53,060 nucleotides of DNA from Candidatus Agathobaculum merdavium (GCA_019115615.1 DXDE01000199.1:1-53060), one strand, 5' to 3'; shown: positions 33,454 through 44,119, numbered from the stretch's first letter. Numbers and translations are program-made. The notes: a model not told the origin generated them from the sequence alone.

Positions 33454-35007
33454 ATGAACGAACACAGACACAAGAAAAAGCCCGAAAAGCCGCCCCAGCC
33501 GGCCACGCCCAAGGTGCTGCATTCCCCGGGCGGCATCAAAGGGCGCTGGATGATGAACTCGCTTTCGTTCGTGCTCGTCATCCTCGCGGCCGTGGTCATT
33601 TTGGTCTCGGTCGGCGTGTCGGGCTATTATTATGCCACCGTGCGGGACAATCTGGTCTCCCGCGCGACCACTTCCGCGGATACCTTCCGCAAATACTTCA
33701 CCGATACCTATGACCAGTTCTACACGCAGGCGGAGAACACGGTCGGCACCTTCCAGGAGCAGGACAAGCTGGAGATGCAGTTTCTGGATACGAGCGGCCG
33801 CGTGCTGCTTTCGACCTCCGGCCTGTCCGCGGGCGGCATGGCCTCGACCGAGGATGCTACGCAGGCGCTGTCAACGCAGAAAACCGCGGTTTATACCGGC
33901 CGCGACCCGCTGTCCGACGAGCGTGTGATGAGCGTGACCACGCCCCTGCTGTCTTCCAGCGGCGACCTGATCGGCGGCGTGCGCTTCATCACCTCGCTGC
34001 GCATCGTCGAGCGGCAGATCTGGATCATCATCGGCATCGCGCTGCTGGCCTGCCTGATCTTCCTGATGCTGGTCGTCGCGTCCAACAGCTATTTTGTCAA
34101 GTCGATCGTCGACCCGGTGCTTAAAATCAACTCTATTGCCAAGGAAATTGCGGCGGGACGCTACGGCGTGCGCCTGCAAAAAACCTACGACGATGAAATC
34201 GGTGAGTTGTGCGATACGATCAACTACATGTCGGACGAAATCAGCCGCGCCGAGCGCATGAAGAACGACTTTATCTCGTCCGTGTCGCATGAGCTGCGCA
34301 CCCCGCTGACCGCGATCGGCGGCTGGAGCGAAACGCTCATGGCGGGCGGCGGCGAGGACCCCGAGGAGGTCATGCAGGGCCTGACCATCATCCAGAAGGA
34401 GGCGGGTCGTCTGACGCGCATGGTCGAGGAGCTGCTGGACTTCGCCCGCATCGAGTCCGGCCGCATGAAGCTTGAGGTCGAGCTGTTCGACCTGTCGATC
34501 GAGCTGTACGAAGCGGTTTACATGTACGAAAACCTGCTGCATAAGAGCGGCATCAAACTGAATTACGATGAGGATGTGGACGCCAACTATTACATCAACG
34601 GCGACCGGCACCGCATGAAGCAGGTGTTCCTCAACATCCTCGACAACGCGGCCAAGTACGGCGGCGACGGCCAGAAAATCGACATCAGCCTGCGGCGCGA
34701 CGGCGGCAAGGTGGTTGCCAGCGTGCGCGACTATGGTCAGGGTATCCCCGAGGCCGAGCTGCCGTTCGTCAAAGAGAAATTCTATAAGGGCTCGTCCAAA
34801 CAGCGCGGCAGCGGCATCGGCCTTGCCGTGACCGACGAGATCGTATCGCTGCACGGCGGCACGCTGGATATCGCATCAACGCTGGGCGCGGGCACGACCG
34901 TGACCGTTACGCTGCCCGCCGCCGAGGCCGAGGAGGCGCTCGGCATCACGGGCGCGATCCCCAAAATCCCGGACAATCCCTATACCCCTGAAGGAGACAA
35001 TACATGA
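33454..35007 (+). CDS. HAMP-domain sensor histidine kinase (start uncertain)
   Basis: Two TM helices, HAMP DEIGEL, SHELRTPLT, NILDNAAKY, DYGQGI, GSGIGL. Confidence 0.94.
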   Translation: MNEHRHKKKPEKPPQPATPKVLHSPGGIKGRWMMNSLSFVLVILAAVVILVSVGVSGYYYATVRDNLVSRATTSADTFRKYFTDTYDQFYTQAENTVGTFQEQDKLEMQFLDTSGRVLLSTSGLSAGGMASTEDATQALSTQKTAVYTGRDPLSDERVMSVTTPLLSSSGDLIGGVRFITSLRIVERQIWIIIGIALLACLIFLMLVVASNSYFVKSIVDPVLKINSIAKEIAAGRYGVRLQKTYDDEIGELCDTINYMSDEISRAERMKNDFISSVSHELRTPLTAIGGWSETLMAGGGEDPEEVMQGLTIIQKEAGRLTRMVEELLDFARIESGRMKLEVELFDLSIELYEAVYMYENLLHKSGIKLNYDEDVDANYYINGDRHRMKQVFLNILDNAAKYGGDGQKIDISLRRDGGKVVASVRDYGQGIPEAELPFVKEKFYKGSSKQRGSGIGLAVTDEIVSLHGGTLDIASTLGAGTTVTVTLPAAEAEEALGITGAIPKIPDNPYTPEGDNT

Positions 35008-35939
35008 CAACCCAAAAGAAAACCACGATCGGCGGGCAGGCCATCATCGAGGGCATCGTGATGAAAGGCCCGAAAAAGACCTGCACGGTCGTGCGCAAGG
35101 CAAACGGCGAGCTGGTGACCAAGGAGGAGGACGCGCACCAGCCGTCCGCCGTTTGGAAGCTGCCCATCCTGCGCGGCGCTTACGGCCTGTTCATGGCGAT
35201 GAAGGACGGCATCCAAGCGATCAACTATTCGGCCTCGTTCTTTGAGGACGAGGAGGCAGATGTGCCGCCATCCAAGTTTGAAACTTGGCTGGAAAACAAG
35301 TTCGGCTCGGAAGGGTTGGATAAGTTCATCCTCGGCCTGTCGACCGTGATCGGCATTGCGCTGCCGGTCGCGCTGTTCCTGCTGCTGCCGAGTTTTCTCG
35401 GCGGCTTCGTGCCCGAAAGCTGGGGCGTGCTTGCGCGCAACGTGCTCGAGGGCTGCGTGCGCGTTGTGATCTTCCTGATTTTCATGTGGTCGGTATCGCA
35501 CATGAAGGATATCCGTCGCACGTTCGAGTATCACGGCGCGGAGCACAAGACCATCTTTTGCTATGAGGCGGGGGAGGAACTGACGGTCGAGAATGTACGC
35601 CGTCAGAATAAATACCACCCGCGCTGCGGCACAAGCTTCATGTTTGTGCTCATCATCATTGCGACGATTGTCTCGTCGATCGTCTTTTCGATCATTGATA
35701 TCACCAACCCGTTTTTGCGCATGCTGGCGCATCTGGTGCTGCTGCCGCTTGTCGTCGGCATCAGCTATGAGTTCAACCGCTATGCGGGGCGGTCGGAGAG
35801 CATTGTGTCGCGCGCGCTGCGTTGGCCGGGGCTGATGATCCAGCACCTGACCGTGTTCGAGCCGGACGATTCTATGATTGAGGTCGCAATCACGGGCATG
35901 CAGGCGGTTATCCCGGACGATAATTCCGATAATTGGTGA
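35004..35939 (+). CDS. DUF1385 family membrane protein
   Basis: IGGQAIIEGIVM, FEYHGAEHKTI, HPRCGTSF; upstream of prmC as is common in Clostridia. Confidence 0.9.
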   Translation: MTTQKKTTIGGQAIIEGIVMKGPKKTCTVVRKANGELVTKEEDAHQPSAVWKLPILRGAYGLFMAMKDGIQAINYSASFFEDEEADVPPSKFETWLENKFGSEGLDKFILGLSTVIGIALPVALFLLLPSFLGGFVPESWGVLARNVLEGCVRVVIFLIFMWSVSHMKDIRRTFEYHGAEHKTIFCYEAGEELTVENVRRQNKYHPRCGTSFMFVLIIIATIVSSIVFSIIDITNPFLRMLAHLVLLPLVVGISYEFNRYAGRSESIVSRALRWPGLMIQHLTVFEPDDSMIEVAITGMQAVIPDDNSDNW

Positions 35940-36260
35940 GTTTCTGTTTTGTTAAAGTGAAAGAAATCCGTCTGTTTGGCGGGTGGCTGCCCCTCGGCAG
36001 GGGAGTGTGTCGCCTGCGGGCGGCGGGGACGTTCGCCTGCGCGGCGAGCGCACAAGAGGGGAGACACCGCAGGTTTCTCCCCTCTTGTGAATCACCCCGT
36101 TTCCTTTTTTTGAGGGCGCGCTGCGCGCGCAAAGCAGGGTTCCTGTTTGCGTCTGCCGCCCATTTCGCAGGATCAGAACAACCCGCACGGTTGCCACCCC
36201 AGAGGGGAGGGGTGCACTTTGCTCCTGCATGTTCATTTCACAAAAAAGAGGTGGATCTGA

Positions 36261-37139
36261 TTGACCAAGACGATCAACGACGTGTACATGGAGCTGTTCC
36301 GCCGCTTCAAGGAGGCGGACGATCCGCAGCCGTCGCTTGCGGCGCGTGAGCTGACCGCCTATGCCTGCAAGGCTGACAAGGATCACACGGCTGACTGGGG
36401 GCATGTCTATCTGGACGACGCGACGGTCGATTACGCGCACCTGCTGTGCGACCGTTGTCTGGACGGCGAGCCGCTGGCGTACTTACTGGGCGAGTGGGAT
36501 TTCTACGGCCTGACCTTTCAGGTCGACAAAAATGTGCTTATCCCGCGATCAGACACCGAGCGGCTGTGCGAACTGGTGATCGAACAGGCGCAGAAAAAGG
36601 TCTCGCCCCGCATCCTCGACCTGTGCTGCGGTTCGGGCTGCATCGGCATCGCCGCGGCGTACCACGTCGACGACGCGCATGTCGCTGCGGTCGACAATTC
36701 CGAGGGCGCGCTGCGTGTTACACGTGAAAACGCGCGGCGGCTGGGCGTGCAGAGCCGCTTTGTCGCGGTCAATGCCGATGTGCGGCTACGGCCGCCCGGC
36801 AATATGGGACGGTTCGATATCATCGTGTCCAACCCGCCCTATGTCACGCGCGCCGAGATGCACCAGCTGGACAAAAGCGTCTATAACTACGAGCCGCACG
36901 AGGCGCTTTATGGTGGCGTGGATGGGCTGGATTTCTACCGCACGATCTGCGCGAACTGGGGTTCGCTGCTTGTGCCGGGCGGTGTGATCCTGTTCGAGTG
37001 CGGCTGGCAGCAGGCGACCGACGTTGCCGCGATTCTGGAGGAAAACCGCTTCGCGGGCATCAGCATCACCGAGGATTTGTCCGGCGTGCCGCGCATTGTG
37101 TATGGCTACAACACCGACCCAGCAGATCCTTTAGAATAA
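36261..37139 (+). CDS. prmC: peptide chain release factor N5-glutamine methyltransferase
   Basis: GEPLAYLLG, VLIPRSDTE, DLCCGSGCI, SNPPY; TTG start after GAGGTGG. Confidence 0.95.
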   Translation: MTKTINDVYMELFRRFKEADDPQPSLAARELTAYACKADKDHTADWGHVYLDDATVDYAHLLCDRCLDGEPLAYLLGEWDFYGLTFQVDKNVLIPRSDTERLCELVIEQAQKKVSPRILDLCCGSGCIGIAAAYHVDDAHVAAVDNSEGALRVTRENARRLGVQSRFVAVNADVRLRPPGNMGRFDIIVSNPPYVTRAEMHQLDKSVYNYEPHEALYGGVDGLDFYRTICANWGSLLVPGGVILFECGWQQATDVAAILEENRFAGISITEDLSGVPRIVYGYNTDPADPLE

Positions 37140-37190
37140 TCCGCGCGTATGCCCACCGATCAGGTGGGCATTTTTGATGCGTAAAATAAT

Positions 37191-37242
37191 CGAACAAATA
37201 TTCGATAAAATGCTTGCAATCAAAATCGCATGCTGGTATAAT
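37191..37242 (+). promoter_or_regulatory. recA promoter with LexA (SOS/Cheo) box
   Basis: CGAACAAATATTCG at 37191-37204 (one mismatch to GAAC-N4-GTTC); TTGCAA, 17 bp, TATAAT with TG extension. Confidence 0.85.
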
Positions 37243-37273
37243 GGACGCATCGAAGCAAAGCAGGAGGCACTCT

Positions 37274-38437
37274 ATGGCTACCAAGAAACAGCTGGAACCG
37301 GTCGCGCCGGCGGCCGATAAAAAGAAGGCGCTCGAAGCGGCGCTCGGGCAGATCGAAAAGCAGTTCGGCAAGGGCTCGGTCATGCGTCTGGGCGAGAACG
37401 CAGGCATGAATGTCGAGCATATCCCGACCGGCTCGATCGGCCTTGACCTTGCGCTCGGCATCGGCGGTCTGCCACGCGGCCGTATCGTCGAGATCTACGG
37501 GCCGGAGTCCTCGGGTAAAACGACGGTTGCGCTGCACTGTGTAGCCGAGGCGCAGAAGATGGGCGGCACCGCCGCGTTTATCGACGCCGAGCACGCGCTC
37601 GACCCGGTCTACGCGCAGGCGCTGGGCGTCGATATCGACAGCCTGCTGGTTTCCCAGCCGGACACCGGCGAGCAGGGTCTGGACATCGCCGAGGCGCTCG
37701 TGCGCTCGGGTGCGATTGACATTGTGGTCATCGACTCGGTCGCCGCGCTGACCCCGCGTGCCGAAATTGAGGGCGAGATGGGCGACTCGTTCGTCGGCCT
37801 GCACGCTCGCATGATGAGCCAGGCGATGCGCAAGCTGGCCGGCTCGATCGCGAAATCTAACTGCGTCGCCATTTTCATCAACCAGCTGCGCGAAAAGGTC
37901 GGCGTCATCTACGGCAGCCCCGAGGTCACGACCGGCGGCCGCGCGCTCAAGTTCTATGCGTCCGTCCGTCTGGACGTGCGCCGCATGGAGCACCTGAAGA
38001 ACGGCACTGAGCTGGTCGGCAGCCACACGCGCGTCAAGGTGGTCAAGAACAAGGTCGCGCCGCCGTTTAAGGAAGCTGAGTTTGACATCATGTACGGCGA
38101 GGGCATCTCGCGCACGAGTGAGCTGGTCGACCTCGGCGTTAAGTACGGCATCGTCAACAAGTCGGGCGCGTGGTTCTCGATGGGTGAGACCCGTCTGGGA
38201 CAGGGCCGCGACGCTGCCAAGCAGTATTTTAAGGATCACCCGGACGTTGCCGACGATGTGCAGAAGCAGATCATGGACAAGGTCGAGGAGGAGCGCCGCA
38301 ACGAGCACCAGATGAAGGCGGCCAAGGCCGCGACGGTCGCGGCTGAGCCTGCGGCCAAGCCCGCCGCCCCCAAGGCGTCGGCTGCCAAGGCGGTTTCGAT
38401 CGACGCGGACGATTTTGACGACCTCGACGACGAATGA
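37274..38437 (+). CDS. recA: recombinase RecA
   Basis: [33 protein letters not shown]; AGGAGG RBS. Confidence 0.99.
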   Translation: MATKKQLEPVAPAADKKKALEAALGQIEKQFGKGSVMRLGENAGMNVEHIPTGSIGLDLALGIGGLPRGRIVEIYGPESSGKTTVALHCVAEAQKMGGTAAFIDAEHALDPVYAQALGVDIDSLLVSQPDTGEQGLDIAEALVRSGAIDIVVIDSVAALTPRAEIEGEMGDSFVGLHARMMSQAMRKLAGSIAKSNCVAIFINQLREKVGVIYGSPEVTTGGRALKFYASVRLDVRRMEHLKNGTELVGSHTRVKVVKNKVAPPFKEAEFDIMYGEGISRTSELVDLGVKYGIVNKSGAWFSMGETRLGQGRDAAKQYFKDHPDVADDVQKQIMDKVEEERRNEHQMKAAKAATVAAEPAAKPAAPKASAAKAVSIDADDFDDLDDE

Positions 38438-38904
38438 GCGAGGATAAATACCGTGCGGCGCTGGACGCGGCCGCCAAGCAGCTGTCCTACCGCGCGCTGA
38501 GCGCCAAAGGCCTGCGTGACAAGCTGCTGGACAAAGGCCACGACGAGGAAGCCGCGGATTACGCGCTCGCGTGGCTGACCGAGCGGCATCTGCTGGACGA
38601 TGCAGCGTATGCCGAGAGCGTCGTGCGCTCGTGCGCCCGCAAGGGCTATGGCGAAATGCGCATCCGGCAGGAGCTGACGCGCCGCGGGGTCGACCGTGAA
38701 ACGGTCGAGGCCGCGCTTGCGGGCTTTTCGCCCGGCCAAGCGCAGCTCGTCGCGCTGCTGGACAAACGCCTGCGCGGCGATGTGTCCGACCGCAAGGAGA
38801 TTGACAAGGCGGTCGCCTTTTTGCAGCGGCGCGGCTTTTTGTGGCAGGATATCCGCGATGCGCTCGCGGCCTACGGCGAGAGCATCCCGGACGAAATGGA
38901 ATAA
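38434..38904 (+). CDS. recX: regulatory protein RecX
   Basis: [35 protein letters not shown]; overlaps the recA stop. Confidence 0.93.
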   Translation: MSEDKYRAALDAAAKQLSYRALSAKGLRDKLLDKGHDEEAADYALAWLTERHLLDDAAYAESVVRSCARKGYGEMRIRQELTRRGVDRETVEAALAGFSPGQAQLVALLDKRLRGDVSDRKEIDKAVAFLQRRGFLWQDIRDALAAYGESIPDEME

Positions 38905-38930
38905 AAAAAGCGTGCGATGCACGCTTTTTT
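38903..38930 (+). terminator. terminator after recX
   Basis: AAAAAAGCGTGC-GAT-GCACGCTTTTTT. Confidence 0.8.
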
Positions 38931-39038
38931 GTATTTTTCGGAAAATCCGCCGATTTTACCGCGCTTTGCTTGCATGTTCTATGCGGTTGGGGTATCATAA
39001 TAGAGTATTGAAATTCATACCGGAAAGGAAGTATTTCC

Positions 39039-40838
39039 ATGCAAACCATGCAGATTCCCGCGCGTGCGGACGTGGCCGCGCAGGATAAATGGGCGATCCA
39101 CGACCTGTTCGCGACCGACGACGATTGGCGCGCGGCGCTCGCCGCCGCAAAGGAATATATCCCGCGCGTGCAGGCGTTCCGCGGCCGTCTGGGCGAGAGC
39201 GCGCAGACGCTGCTCGACTACCTGCGGCTGGACGACGAAATCAGCCTTGCCTTTGACGCGCTCGTGCACTACGCGCAGCGCCGCAGCGACGAGGACACCC
39301 GCGTCGCGGCCTATCAGGAGATGGTAAGCCAAGTGACGCGGCTCGCGGTCGAGCTGCAGTCCGCAGCGGCGTTCCAGACGCCCGAATTGCTTTCCATTGC
39401 GGATGATACGCTCGCGGGCTTCTATCAGGCCGAGCCTGACCTTGAACTCTACCGCCTGAACATCGACCGTGTGCGCCGCCGAAAGGAACACGTTCTGTCC
39501 GACAAGGAAGAGGCGCTGCTCGCCGCCGCGGGCGAGATGGCGGCCGCGCCCGATGATGTGTTCTCCATGCTCAACGACGCCGACCTCAAGTTCCTGGACG
39601 CGGTCGACAAGGACGGTAACAAGCACCCGGTCACCCACGGCACCTATATCCCGCTGATGCAGTCCTATGATCGTGTACTGCGCAAGTCCGCGTTCGACTC
39701 GCTCTACGCGGTTTACGGACAGTTCCGCAACACGGCGGCGTCCATCCTGTCCGCGCAGATGAAGCAGCTGAAGTTCTTCGCGGACGCAAGAAAGTATCCC
39801 TCGACGCTCGCTGCCGCGCTCGACGGCACCGAGGTCGACCCCGCGATCTACCATAACCTCATCGACGCGGTGCACCGTTCGTTCGCGCCGATGTACCGTT
39901 ATGTCGCGCTGCGCCGCCGTGCGCTCGGCGTCAACCAGCTGCACATGTACGACCTGTACGTGCCGGTGGTCGAGGGCGTGGAAATGAAATTCACCTTCGA
40001 GGAAGCTAAGGAAATTGCACTCAAGGCGCTCGCGCCGCTGGGTGAGGACTACCTGAACCTGCTGCGAGAGGGCTTCAATAACGGCTGGATCGACGTATAC
40101 GAAAACGAGGGCAAGCGCTCGGGTGCGTACTCGGCGGGCGCGCGCGTGCACCCGTATGTGCTCCTGAACTTCAAGGGTACGCTGGACGATGTATTCACGC
40201 TCGTGCACGAGATGGGTCACGCGATCCACTCCTATCTGTCGAACAAGCACCAGCCGACTGCCTATCAGGACTATGTGATCTTCGTGGCCGAGGTCGCCTC
40301 GACCTGCAACGAAGCCCTGCTGATGGAATATCTGCTGTCGGTCACCGAGGACAAAAAGCAGCGCGCGTATCTCATCAACCATTTCCTCGAGCAGTTCCGT
40401 GGCACGCTGTACCGCCAGACGATGTTTGCCGAGTTTGAGCTGCGCGTCAATGAAATGACCCAGCGCGGCGAGGGAACGACCGCCGAAGCACTGTGCGCAC
40501 TGTACAAGGAACTGAACGTGCAGTATTTCGGGCCGGACATGATCGTTGATGACGAGATCGCGCTCGAGTGGGCGCGCATCCCGCATTTCTATTATGATTA
40601 CTACGTCTATCAGTACGCCACCGGCTACGCCGCGGCGATCGCGCTGTCGCGCCGCATCCTGCGCGAGGGCGAATCCGCCGTGCGTGACTATATCGGCTTC
40701 CTGTCGGGCGGCTGCTCGGCCGACCCGGTGACGCTGCTGCGCAGCGCGGGTGTCGACATGGCGAGCCCCGCCCCGGTCGAGGACGCAACGCGCCTGTTCG
40801 ACGAGCTGATCGGGGAAATGGAAGCGCTTCTCGCGTGA
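39039..40838 (+). CDS. pepF: oligoendopeptidase F (M3B)
   Basis: GKRSGAYS, HEMGHAIH, AEVAST, WARIPHFY. Confidence 0.95.
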   Translation: MQTMQIPARADVAAQDKWAIHDLFATDDDWRAALAAAKEYIPRVQAFRGRLGESAQTLLDYLRLDDEISLAFDALVHYAQRRSDEDTRVAAYQEMVSQVTRLAVELQSAAAFQTPELLSIADDTLAGFYQAEPDLELYRLNIDRVRRRKEHVLSDKEEALLAAAGEMAAAPDDVFSMLNDADLKFLDAVDKDGNKHPVTHGTYIPLMQSYDRVLRKSAFDSLYAVYGQFRNTAASILSAQMKQLKFFADARKYPSTLAAALDGTEVDPAIYHNLIDAVHRSFAPMYRYVALRRRALGVNQLHMYDLYVPVVEGVEMKFTFEEAKEIALKALAPLGEDYLNLLREGFNNGWIDVYENEGKRSGAYSAGARVHPYVLLNFKGTLDDVFTLVHEMGHAIHSYLSNKHQPTAYQDYVIFVAEVASTCNEALLMEYLLSVTEDKKQRAYLINHFLEQFRGTLYRQTMFAEFELRVNEMTQRGEGTTAEALCALYKELNVQYFGPDMIVDDEIALEWARIPHFYYDYYVYQYATGYAAAIALSRRILREGESAVRDYIGFLSGGCSADPVTLLRSAGVDMASPAPVEDATRLFDELIGEMEALLA

Positions 40839-40892
40839 CAAGCGGGGAATAATTCGATATAATAAGGTAAGCAATCAGAGAGGAGAGATCGC

Positions 40893-42224
40893 ATGCCGAA
40901 AATCGGGCTGATCTCGCTCGGCTGCGCCAAAAATCTGGTGGACAGCGAGCACATGCTGGCCCTGCTGCGCGCAGCGGGCTGGGAAATTACCGAGGACATG
41001 GCCGAGGCCGACGTGGGTGTGGTCAACACCTGTGGTTTTATTGAAGCCGCCAAAAGCGAGGCCATCGAGACCATTTTGGAGACCGCGCAGTATAAGCACA
41101 CCGGCAGTATGAAGGGTCTGGTCGTGACCGGCTGCCTCGTGCAGCGCTACGCGCAGGAAATGCAGCAGGAGCTGCCGGAAATTGACGCGATCTGCGGCAC
41201 AGGCAGCTATGAGAACATTGTGGACGCGGCAAATGCCGCGCTCGGCGGCCAGAAGGCCGCGTACATGGCGGATATGGCGTCGGCGGCGCTCGAGGGCGAC
41301 CGCAGCCGCCTGACCCCGTCCTACACGGCGTATTTCAAGATCGCAGAAGGCTGCTCCAACCGCTGCGGCTACTGCATCATCCCCAAGCTGCGCGGGCCGT
41401 ACCGTTCGCGCGAAATGGCGGCTTTGCTGGAAGAAGCGCGTCAGTTAGCGGATGCCGGCGTCAAGGAACTGATCGTTATTGCCCAGGACATCACGAAGTA
41501 CGGCATGGACTTGCCCGAGCACAAGCGCCTGCTGCCCGAACTGCTGCGGCAGCTGTGCGAGCTGGACTTTACTTGGGTGCGTCTGCACTATCTGTACCCC
41601 GACCAGATCACGGACGAGCTGATCGACGTGATCGCGGAAGAGCCGAAAATTGTGAAATACCTCGACATCCCGCTTCAGCATGTGTCGCGCCGCATCCTGC
41701 GCGCGATGCACCGTCCGGGCGACGGCGAGGAGTTTGCGGCGCTCATCGAAAAGTTGCGCGTGCGCATTCCGGGTCTGGTGCTGCGTACCAGCCTGATCGT
41801 CGGTCTGCCGGGCGAGACCGAGGAGGAGTTCGCGGAGCTTTGCACCTTCCTGCAGGAAACCGCGATCGAGCGCGTCGGCGTGTTCGAGTTTTCGCCCGAG
41901 GAGGGGACGGAAGCCGCCGAACTGCCTGACCAGATCGACGCGGAGACCAAGGCCAACCGCCGTCTGATCGTCGAGGAACTGCAGTCGGGTGTGCTCGATG
42001 ACTACAACACGTCCCGCCACGGCGAGGTGATGGACGTTCTGTGCGAAGGCTTCGACGATGAGCAGCAGCTTTGGTTTGGCCGCACCTATGCCGACTCGGT
42101 CGAGGTCGACGGCCATGTGTATTTCGAAAGCGACGATGAGCCGCAGGAGGGCACGTTTGTGCCGGTGCTGATTACCGAAAGCCTCGGGCCCGACTTGCTC
42201 GGCGTCCAGCAAAAGGGGGAATAA
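40893..42224 (+). CDS. rimO: ribosomal protein S12 methylthiotransferase RimO
   Basis: SLGCAKNLVDSE, NTCGFI, KIAEGCSNRCGYCIIP radical-SAM motif, C-terminal TRAM-like EVDG. Confidence 0.95.
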   Translation: MPKIGLISLGCAKNLVDSEHMLALLRAAGWEITEDMAEADVGVVNTCGFIEAAKSEAIETILETAQYKHTGSMKGLVVTGCLVQRYAQEMQQELPEIDAICGTGSYENIVDAANAALGGQKAAYMADMASAALEGDRSRLTPSYTAYFKIAEGCSNRCGYCIIPKLRGPYRSREMAALLEEARQLADAGVKELIVIAQDITKYGMDLPEHKRLLPELLRQLCELDFTWVRLHYLYPDQITDELIDVIAEEPKIVKYLDIPLQHVSRRILRAMHRPGDGEEFAALIEKLRVRIPGLVLRTSLIVGLPGETEEEFAELCTFLQETAIERVGVFEFSPEEGTEAAELPDQIDAETKANRRLIVEELQSGVLDDYNTSRHGEVMDVLCEGFDDEQQLWFGRTYADSVEVDGHVYFESDDEPQEGTFVPVLITESLGPDLLGVQQKGE

Positions 42225-42227
42225 GAA

Positions 42228-42854
42228 ATGACAACAGCCAATAAAATCACGTTGATACGCATCTGTATGATCCCGTTTTTCATCTGGTTTGCGCTGCAAA
42301 ATGATGCAACCAGTCTGATCATTGCGCTCGTGCTGTTCTGCGTGGCAAGCTTTACGGATTTTCTTGACGGCTACATCGCCCGTAAGTATAATCAGGTGAC
42401 CGACTTCGGCAAATTTGTCGATCCGTTGGCGGACAAGCTGCTTGTTACCGCGGCGCTGCTGATTTTTATCGAAAAGGGCATTTTCCCGGCGTGGATGGTG
42501 TTCATTGTGCTCGCACGCGAGTTCATCATCACCTCGCTGCGCAATGTGGCGGCCGCGAAGGGACGCGTGCTGGCTGCGACGTGGACGGGCAAGGTCAAAA
42601 CCTGTGTTCAAATCGCTGGTATCATCCTCGACTTTTTGTACATGATCGTGCTGGATACGAGTTTCACTATTCCGTCGTCGGGCGGCGTGATCGGCGGCCC
42701 AGATGGCACGACTTCGGTTATCGTGGTGTGGATTGGCGTACCGCTTCCTACGATCGTGGCTTGGGTCGTAACGCTGGTGACGCTGTATGCCGGCATCGAC
42801 TACCTGCGCAAAAACTGGGATCTTATCAAGGACGGCGCGGTAAAGCAAAAGTGA
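42228..42854 (+). CDS. pgsA: CDP-diacylglycerol--glycerol-3-phosphate 3-phosphatidyltransferase
   Basis: NKITLIR, TDFLDGYIARK...FGKFVDPLADK. Confidence 0.95.
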   Translation: MTTANKITLIRICMIPFFIWFALQNDATSLIIALVLFCVASFTDFLDGYIARKYNQVTDFGKFVDPLADKLLVTAALLIFIEKGIFPAWMVFIVLAREFIITSLRNVAAAKGRVLAATWTGKVKTCVQIAGIILDFLYMIVLDTSFTIPSSGGVIGGPDGTTSVIVVWIGVPLPTIVAWVVTLVTLYAGIDYLRKNWDLIKDGAVKQK

Positions 42855-42887
42855 CCGCGAAAAAAGCGAACTGTTTCGGAGAGAACC

Positions 42888-43535
42888 ATGTCAGTATTCG
42901 ATATTTTCAAGCAGCTTGACGCACAGCGCGCCGCAGAGGCGGCAAAGCCTGTGCAGCCGGTCGAATGGCTGGTCGTCGGGCTGGGTAACCCGGGCAGCAA
43001 GTACGACAACACCCGCCACAACGCGGGTTTCCGTGCGCTGGAAAGCTGGTGCGCGCGCACCGGCTCCCGCATCGACAAAATGAAATTCAAGGCGCTGGTC
43101 GGGGAAGCGACGCTCGGCGGCGCGCGCGTGCTGCTGATGAAGCCGCAGACCTTTATGAATCTGTCTGGCGAGGCCGTGCGCGACGCGGCCGCGTTCTATA
43201 AAATCCCGCCCGCGCGCATCCTCATCCTGTCGGATGATGTGTCGCTTGACGTCGGCACGCTGCGCGTGCGCCCCAAGGGCTCGGCGGGCGGTCAGAACGG
43301 CCTGAAGAACATCATCTATCACCTCGGCAGCGAGGATTTCCCGCGCGTCAAGATCGGCGTAGGCAAAAAGCCGCACCCGGATTACGACCTTGCGGCGTGG
43401 GTGCTCAGCAAGTTCACAGCCGACGAGCAGCAGGCGATCGATAAGGCCTGCGCCGACGCGATGGAGGCCGCCGCCTGCGTGATCGAAAAGGGCTGCGCGG
43501 CCGCGGCGCAGCAGTATAACGGCAAACGGATATAA
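42888..43535 (+). CDS. pth: peptidyl-tRNA hydrolase
   Basis: VGLGNPG..Y..TRHNAGF, KPQTFMNLSG, GSAGGQNG. Confidence 0.96.
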   Translation: MSVFDIFKQLDAQRAAEAAKPVQPVEWLVVGLGNPGSKYDNTRHNAGFRALESWCARTGSRIDKMKFKALVGEATLGGARVLLMKPQTFMNLSGEAVRDAAAFYKIPPARILILSDDVSLDVGTLRVRPKGSAGGQNGLKNIIYHLGSEDFPRVKIGVGKKPHPDYDLAAWVLSKFTADEQQAIDKACADAMEAAACVIEKGCAAAAQQYNGKRI

Positions 43536-43536
43536 G

Positions 43537-43568
43537 AAAAAAGACGTGCCTTTGGCACGTCTTTTTTT
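43537..43568. terminator. bidirectional terminator
   Basis: AAAAAAGACGTGCC-TTT-GGCACGTCTTTTTT. Confidence 0.85.
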
Positions 43569-43583
43569 GCATTGTACGGAATG

Positions 43584-44021
43584 TCACTTCGCGTTCGGAT
43601 AGAACAGCAGGTACAGCTTGTGGTAAAATTCCTGTCCGCGGCTGCCCTCGATATCGCGCAGATCGCCGTTTACAAATACATATCCATCGACGTTGACACC
43701 GATCGAATTACCGTTGGAGAAGGTCACGGTCAGCAGGTTGCCGCCCAGCTTTTCCTCGCCCGGTTTGAAGAAATGCGGGTACTGGGTATAGGTGTAGCTG
43801 CTCAGCAGCGCCGTGATGCTCTCGACGGTTTCCGGGTCGGTCACAGTCGCAAGCTCGGTCTGGTTTTCGGTCAGGATGAGCGAGGTCTGTGTGGTCTTGT
43901 CGGTGATGTCGGCATAGGATTCGTGATCGAATTTGATATATAGCATGCGCCCGGCGACAAACAACAGTACAATCAGTAGTGTACAGCAAATGGCAAGGCC
44001 GAGCGCCCAGGATTTCCGCAT
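43584..44021 (-). CDS. hypothetical membrane-anchored extracellular protein
   Basis: AAAGGAG RBS; N-terminal hydrophobic helix, then a soluble domain. Confidence 0.75.
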   Translation of the reverse strand: MRKSWALGLAICCTLLIVLLFVAGRMLYIKFDHESYADITDKTTQTSLILTENQTELATVTDPETVESITALLSSYTYTQYPHFFKPGEEKLGGNLLTVTFSNGNSIGVNVDGYVFVNGDLRDIEGSRGQEFYHKLYLLFYPNAK

Positions 44022-44119
44022 GATAGTTCGCTCCTTTGCGGGGATGGATTACTTTACACTGTTAGCATAACGCATCAGAAGGGCGCTTGTCAATTTTCAA
44101 AGTGTAAACAAAGTATGAC

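Noticed and set aside
38290-38437. Ala/Lys/Pro-rich then acidic RecA C-terminal tail
   Set aside because: RecA tails are commonly variable and low-complexity; no intein or extra domain is evident.
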